Both the position numbers and the translations under genes were made by a program. DNA of 16,950 nt, taken from contig DASCPX010000236.1 in assembly GCA_036012755.1 (NCBI GenBank), positions 1 through 16,950 of the forward strand. Direction: 5' to 3'. The stretch comes from Myxococcota bacterium. GTDB lineage: Bacteria; Myxococcota_A; UBA796; CAJQPC01. Under the pieces are notes generated by a model. It worked only from the letters and a program-made list of their open reading frames with translations. It was not told where the DNA came from and did not search any database. Shown one piece after another: positions 14,336 to 16,950 of this stretch (its first letter is position 1; each line of letters starts with the position of its first letter).

Positions 14336-16575
14336 GGTTCCTGGGCTGGCTCGTCGGCGCGGACTTGGGCGAGGGCTCGCTGGAGTTCGTCACGCCCACC
14401 TGGGCGCTGGCGAGCTACGCGCTGGCCGCGCTCCTGGCGCTGGTGGTCGCCGGCTGGTCGGCCTTCAAGGCGCGGCCGGCCCTGCCCGAGATCCTGTCGT
14501 TGGCCATCGGTCTCGCCGTCGTGGCCTTCGCGGCCGCCGGTCCGACCTGGATCGAGGAGTCCGGTCGCCTCGAAGAGGGACGCTTCGTGGTCCTCATCGA
14601 CGACAGCCGCTCGATGGCCGTGCTCGAGGACGGGGAGCCTCGCTTCGAGCAGGTCGACGACGCGCTCTCCGAGCTCGACCTGTCCCGAGCAGAGGTCTAC
14701 ACCTTCGGCAGCGAGCTCCACGTCGGCGCCGAGCCGACCTTCGGCGGTGGCGGATCCGATCTCGCCGGGGCGCTCCGTGCGGTCAGCGAGCGCCACGCTG
14801 GTGAGAAGCTCGCGGGGGTGGTGGTCATCACCGACGGGATCGACCGCGGTGGCCTGCGTCGGGAGGTCGAGAACCACCGCCCCCCGGAGCTCGAGCTGCC
14901 CGGTCCCCTCACGCTCTACCAGGTCGGCGAGCCCGGCGAGGTCCAGGATCTCTCGGTCGTCGACCTCTCCACCGGGGGCTTCGCCTTTTTGCACTCGCCC
15001 TTCACCATCACCGCCGAGATCTCTGGTGCCGGCTACGAGGACACGGTCGTCCAGGTGGTCCTCGCAGAGGATGGGCGGGTGGTAGCGCGCAGCCAGGCCC
15101 AGCTGGACTCGAGCGGGCTGGGCAGCGCCAGCTTCGAGCTCACGAGCGGTACACCCGGGCGCTACATCTACGAGGTCAGCGTGCCGGCGGACGAAGACGA
15201 CGCCGTCCCCGGGAACAACACGATGGCCGTCGCCGTCCGGGTCGTGCGCGACAAGCTGCGGATCCTGCAGGTCTGCGGTGCGCCCAGCCTGGACGAGAAG
15301 TTCCTGAGGCTCTTCCTGAAGCAGGACCCGGGCATCGAGCTCGTGTCCTTCTTCATCCTTCGGACCAACGAGGACCTGCGCACCGGGTACCTGGACCGCG
15401 AGCTGTCCCTCATCAAGTTCCCCTACCGCACGCTGTTCACCCCCCACAGCCGGGACGGCGAGCTCGACACCTTCGACCTCGTGATCTTCCAGAACTTCGA
15501 CTGGGCCAGCTTCTTCCCCTACGAGCCGAATCTCCTCCAGAACGTCGAGGCCTACGTCCGGGGGGGCAAGGCCTTCGTCATGATGGGAGGCGATCGCAGC
15601 TTCGACCGCGGCCGCTACGAGGGCACGGCCATCGAGTCGATCCTGCCTGTCGAGCTCGGCGTCGATGGCGAGGCCGTCGATCTCGAGGCCTTCTCCCCGC
15701 ACCTCACAGAGGCCGGCAGGGTGCACCCGGTCACCCGCCTGCTCGGCACCGAGGCGGACAACGAGGCCCTCTGGGGGCGCTTGCCGGCGATGGACGGGCT
15801 GAACCTCTCGGCGGGCATGGCTCCGGGCTCGGCGACCTTGCTGAGCCACCCGACGCTGTTGACCCCGGACGGCCAGCCGGCGCCCGTGCTGGCAGTGCGC
15901 GAGGTGGGCGAGGGTCGCACCATGTCGTTGATGGGTGACTCGTCCTGGCGCTGGGTCATGACCGAGGCCGCCCGTGGCGGCGGCAACCAGGCCTACCTGC
16001 GCTTCTGGAAGAACTCGATCCGCTGGCTCGTGAAGGACCACGACGGCCAGCGGGTCCAGGTCGACACCACCAGGGAGAACCACCGGGTCGGTGACACGAT
16101 CCGCATTGTCGCCAAGGTGCGGGACGTCGGCTTCCAGCCGATGAAGGAGATCGAGGTCGTCGGGCAGCTGACCGGGGCGGGCGAGGCGATCTCCTTTTCG
16201 GGCCTCACGGACGCCAGCGGCGAGCTCGTCGTCGAGGTGCCGGCAGAGGCCCGTGGCGCCTGGACCGCGTCGATCGCGGCGGGCCCCGAGGGTGCGCTGG
16301 GATCGGACTCGACCAGCTTCGCCGTGACCGACCGCGACCCGGAGCTGGAGGAGCTCCAGCCGGCGGAGGGCTTCCTCGCCCAGCTCGCGGAGCAGACCGG
16401 TGGGGTCCACTACACCCCCGGCGACTACGACGAGCCACTCGTCGATATGGCCAGCGGCAGGACCGTCGAGGAGCGTCGGGAGACCCCCCTGTGGGCGGCC
16501 CCGGTGATTCCCATCCTCGCGGGTCTGTCACTGTCCCTGAGCTGGTGGCTGCGTCGCCGCCGCGGCCTGCGCTGA
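14332..16575 (+). CDS. Membrane protein with VWA, Ig-like and putative glutamine-amidotransferase-like (GATase1-like) domains
   Basis: Two N-terminal TMs, MIDAS LIDDSRSM, SDL and VVVITDG, Ig-like QDLSVVDL...DAVPGNN, GATase-like FDLVIFQNF...YVRGGKAFVMMGGDRSF...HPVT...GEGR...WRW...FW, LAQLAEQTGG, and a C-terminal TM ending WWLRRRRGLR. ATGA overlap with DUF4159. Confidence 0.88.
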   Translation: MRFLGWLVGADLGEGSLEFVTPTWALASYALAALLALVVAGWSAFKARPALPEILSLAIGLAVVAFAAAGPTWIEESGRLEEGRFVVLIDDSRSMAVLEDGEPRFEQVDDALSELDLSRAEVYTFGSELHVGAEPTFGGGGSDLAGALRAVSERHAGEKLAGVVVITDGIDRGGLRREVENHRPPELELPGPLTLYQVGEPGEVQDLSVVDLSTGGFAFLHSPFTITAEISGAGYEDTVVQVVLAEDGRVVARSQAQLDSSGLGSASFELTSGTPGRYIYEVSVPADEDDAVPGNNTMAVAVRVVRDKLRILQVCGAPSLDEKFLRLFLKQDPGIELVSFFILRTNEDLRTGYLDRELSLIKFPYRTLFTPHSRDGELDTFDLVIFQNFDWASFFPYEPNLLQNVEAYVRGGKAFVMMGGDRSFDRGRYEGTAIESILPVELGVDGEAVDLEAFSPHLTEAGRVHPVTRLLGTEADNEALWGRLPAMDGLNLSAGMAPGSATLLSHPTLLTPDGQPAPVLAVREVGEGRTMSLMGDSSWRWVMTEAARGGGNQAYLRFWKNSIRWLVKDHDGQRVQVDTTRENHRVGDTIRIVAKVRDVGFQPMKEIEVVGQLTGAGEAISFSGLTDASGELVVEVPAEARGAWTASIAAGPEGALGSDSTSFAVTDRDPELEELQPAEGFLAQLAEQTGGVHYTPGDYDEPLVDMASGRTVEERRETPLWAAPVIPILAGLSLSLSWWLRRRRGLR

Positions 16576-16747
16576 AAGGCACTGGAGTCCGCCGAAATGG
16601 TGTCCGGGCGCAGCTGCGCTACGTCGCGATGCTGGGTCCCGAGCGCTACGCCGAAGAGGCTCGCAGGCAGATGGCGACGCGCTGAGCCGCGGCTGTCATC
16701 GGCTCGTCGACGAGGGCGTGCGACATCCAGGCCCGCGCACGCCCTCT

Positions 16748-16832
16748 GGCCTCAAGGATCCAAAACGTATCCTTGGCAGCCGAGAACCCCCGGGTTCTCT
16801 TGGTTCAAGGATACGCTTTCGGTCCTTGGGCC
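16748..16832. repeat. Nested inverted-repeat element (two 23-bp palindromes flanking a central palindrome; REP/REPIN-like or operator array)
   Basis: CAAGGAT-N9-ATCCTTG (16753-16775), GAGAACCC-CC-GGGTTCTC (16782-16799) and CAAGGAT-N9-GTCCTTG (16806-16828). The whole segment is also an imperfect inverted repeat with ~42-bp arms. Confidence 0.85.
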
Positions 16833-16891
16833 TCGAGATACCCCCCGGAGACAGCGCAACTCCCCAACACACTCGGCGCGCCGTCTCTGGG

Positions 16892-16950
16892 CGGGCTTGC
16901 CCAGTTCCGGGCTTGCCCAGTTCCGGGCTCGCCCAGTTCCGGGCTCGCCC
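16892..16950. repeat. 16-bp tandem repeat (CGGGCTYGCCCAGTTC) x3.7, truncated by the window edge
   Basis: Units start at 16892, 16908, 16924 and 16940. The first two have CTTG and the last two have CTCG. There are no spacers. Confidence 0.92.

Noticed and set aside
16491..16685. 64-aa + strand ORF, or an 18-aa peptide from ATG 16629 (MLGPERYAEEARRQMATR)
   Set aside because: It overlaps the previous gene, has no clear SD and no recognisable motif. A gene remnant cannot be excluded but is unsupported.
16782..16805. Canonical rho-independent terminator for the operon
   Set aside because: The hairpin is followed by TTGGTT rather than a U-tract, lies ~200 bp past the stop, and is better explained as the centre of the larger symmetric element.
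16892..16950. Possible CRISPR array
   Set aside because: The units are 16 bp and directly adjacent with no spacers, and there are no cas genes in the window.

Overview
High-GC bacterial window. It is probably Myxococcota/Deltaproteobacteria, inferred from the LexA HTH motif RSTNGVxDHxKAL and Myxococcus-like SOS boxes. On the minus strand is lexA (617 to the left edge; missed by the ORF track). Divergent from it, across a 67-bp promoter region with two candidate LexA boxes, run ten tightly packed + strand genes. The first three are an orphan HAMP sensor histidine kinase and two GT-C-type membrane glycosyltransferases, both apparently starting at CTG in CTGA stop/start overlaps. After an 84-bp gap with a 14-bp tandem duplication comes a seven-gene envelope cluster of unknown function: a DUF4175-like coiled-coil protein, a secreted TPR/HEXXH metallopeptidase, a MoxR AAA+ ATPase, DUF58, a BatA/VWA protein, a Tat-exported DUF4159 and a second VWA/GATase-like membrane protein. 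The non-coding right end has a symmetric nested three-palindrome element (16748-16832) and a 16-bp tandem repeat that runs off the window. Family calls come from motif recognition only; no searches were run.
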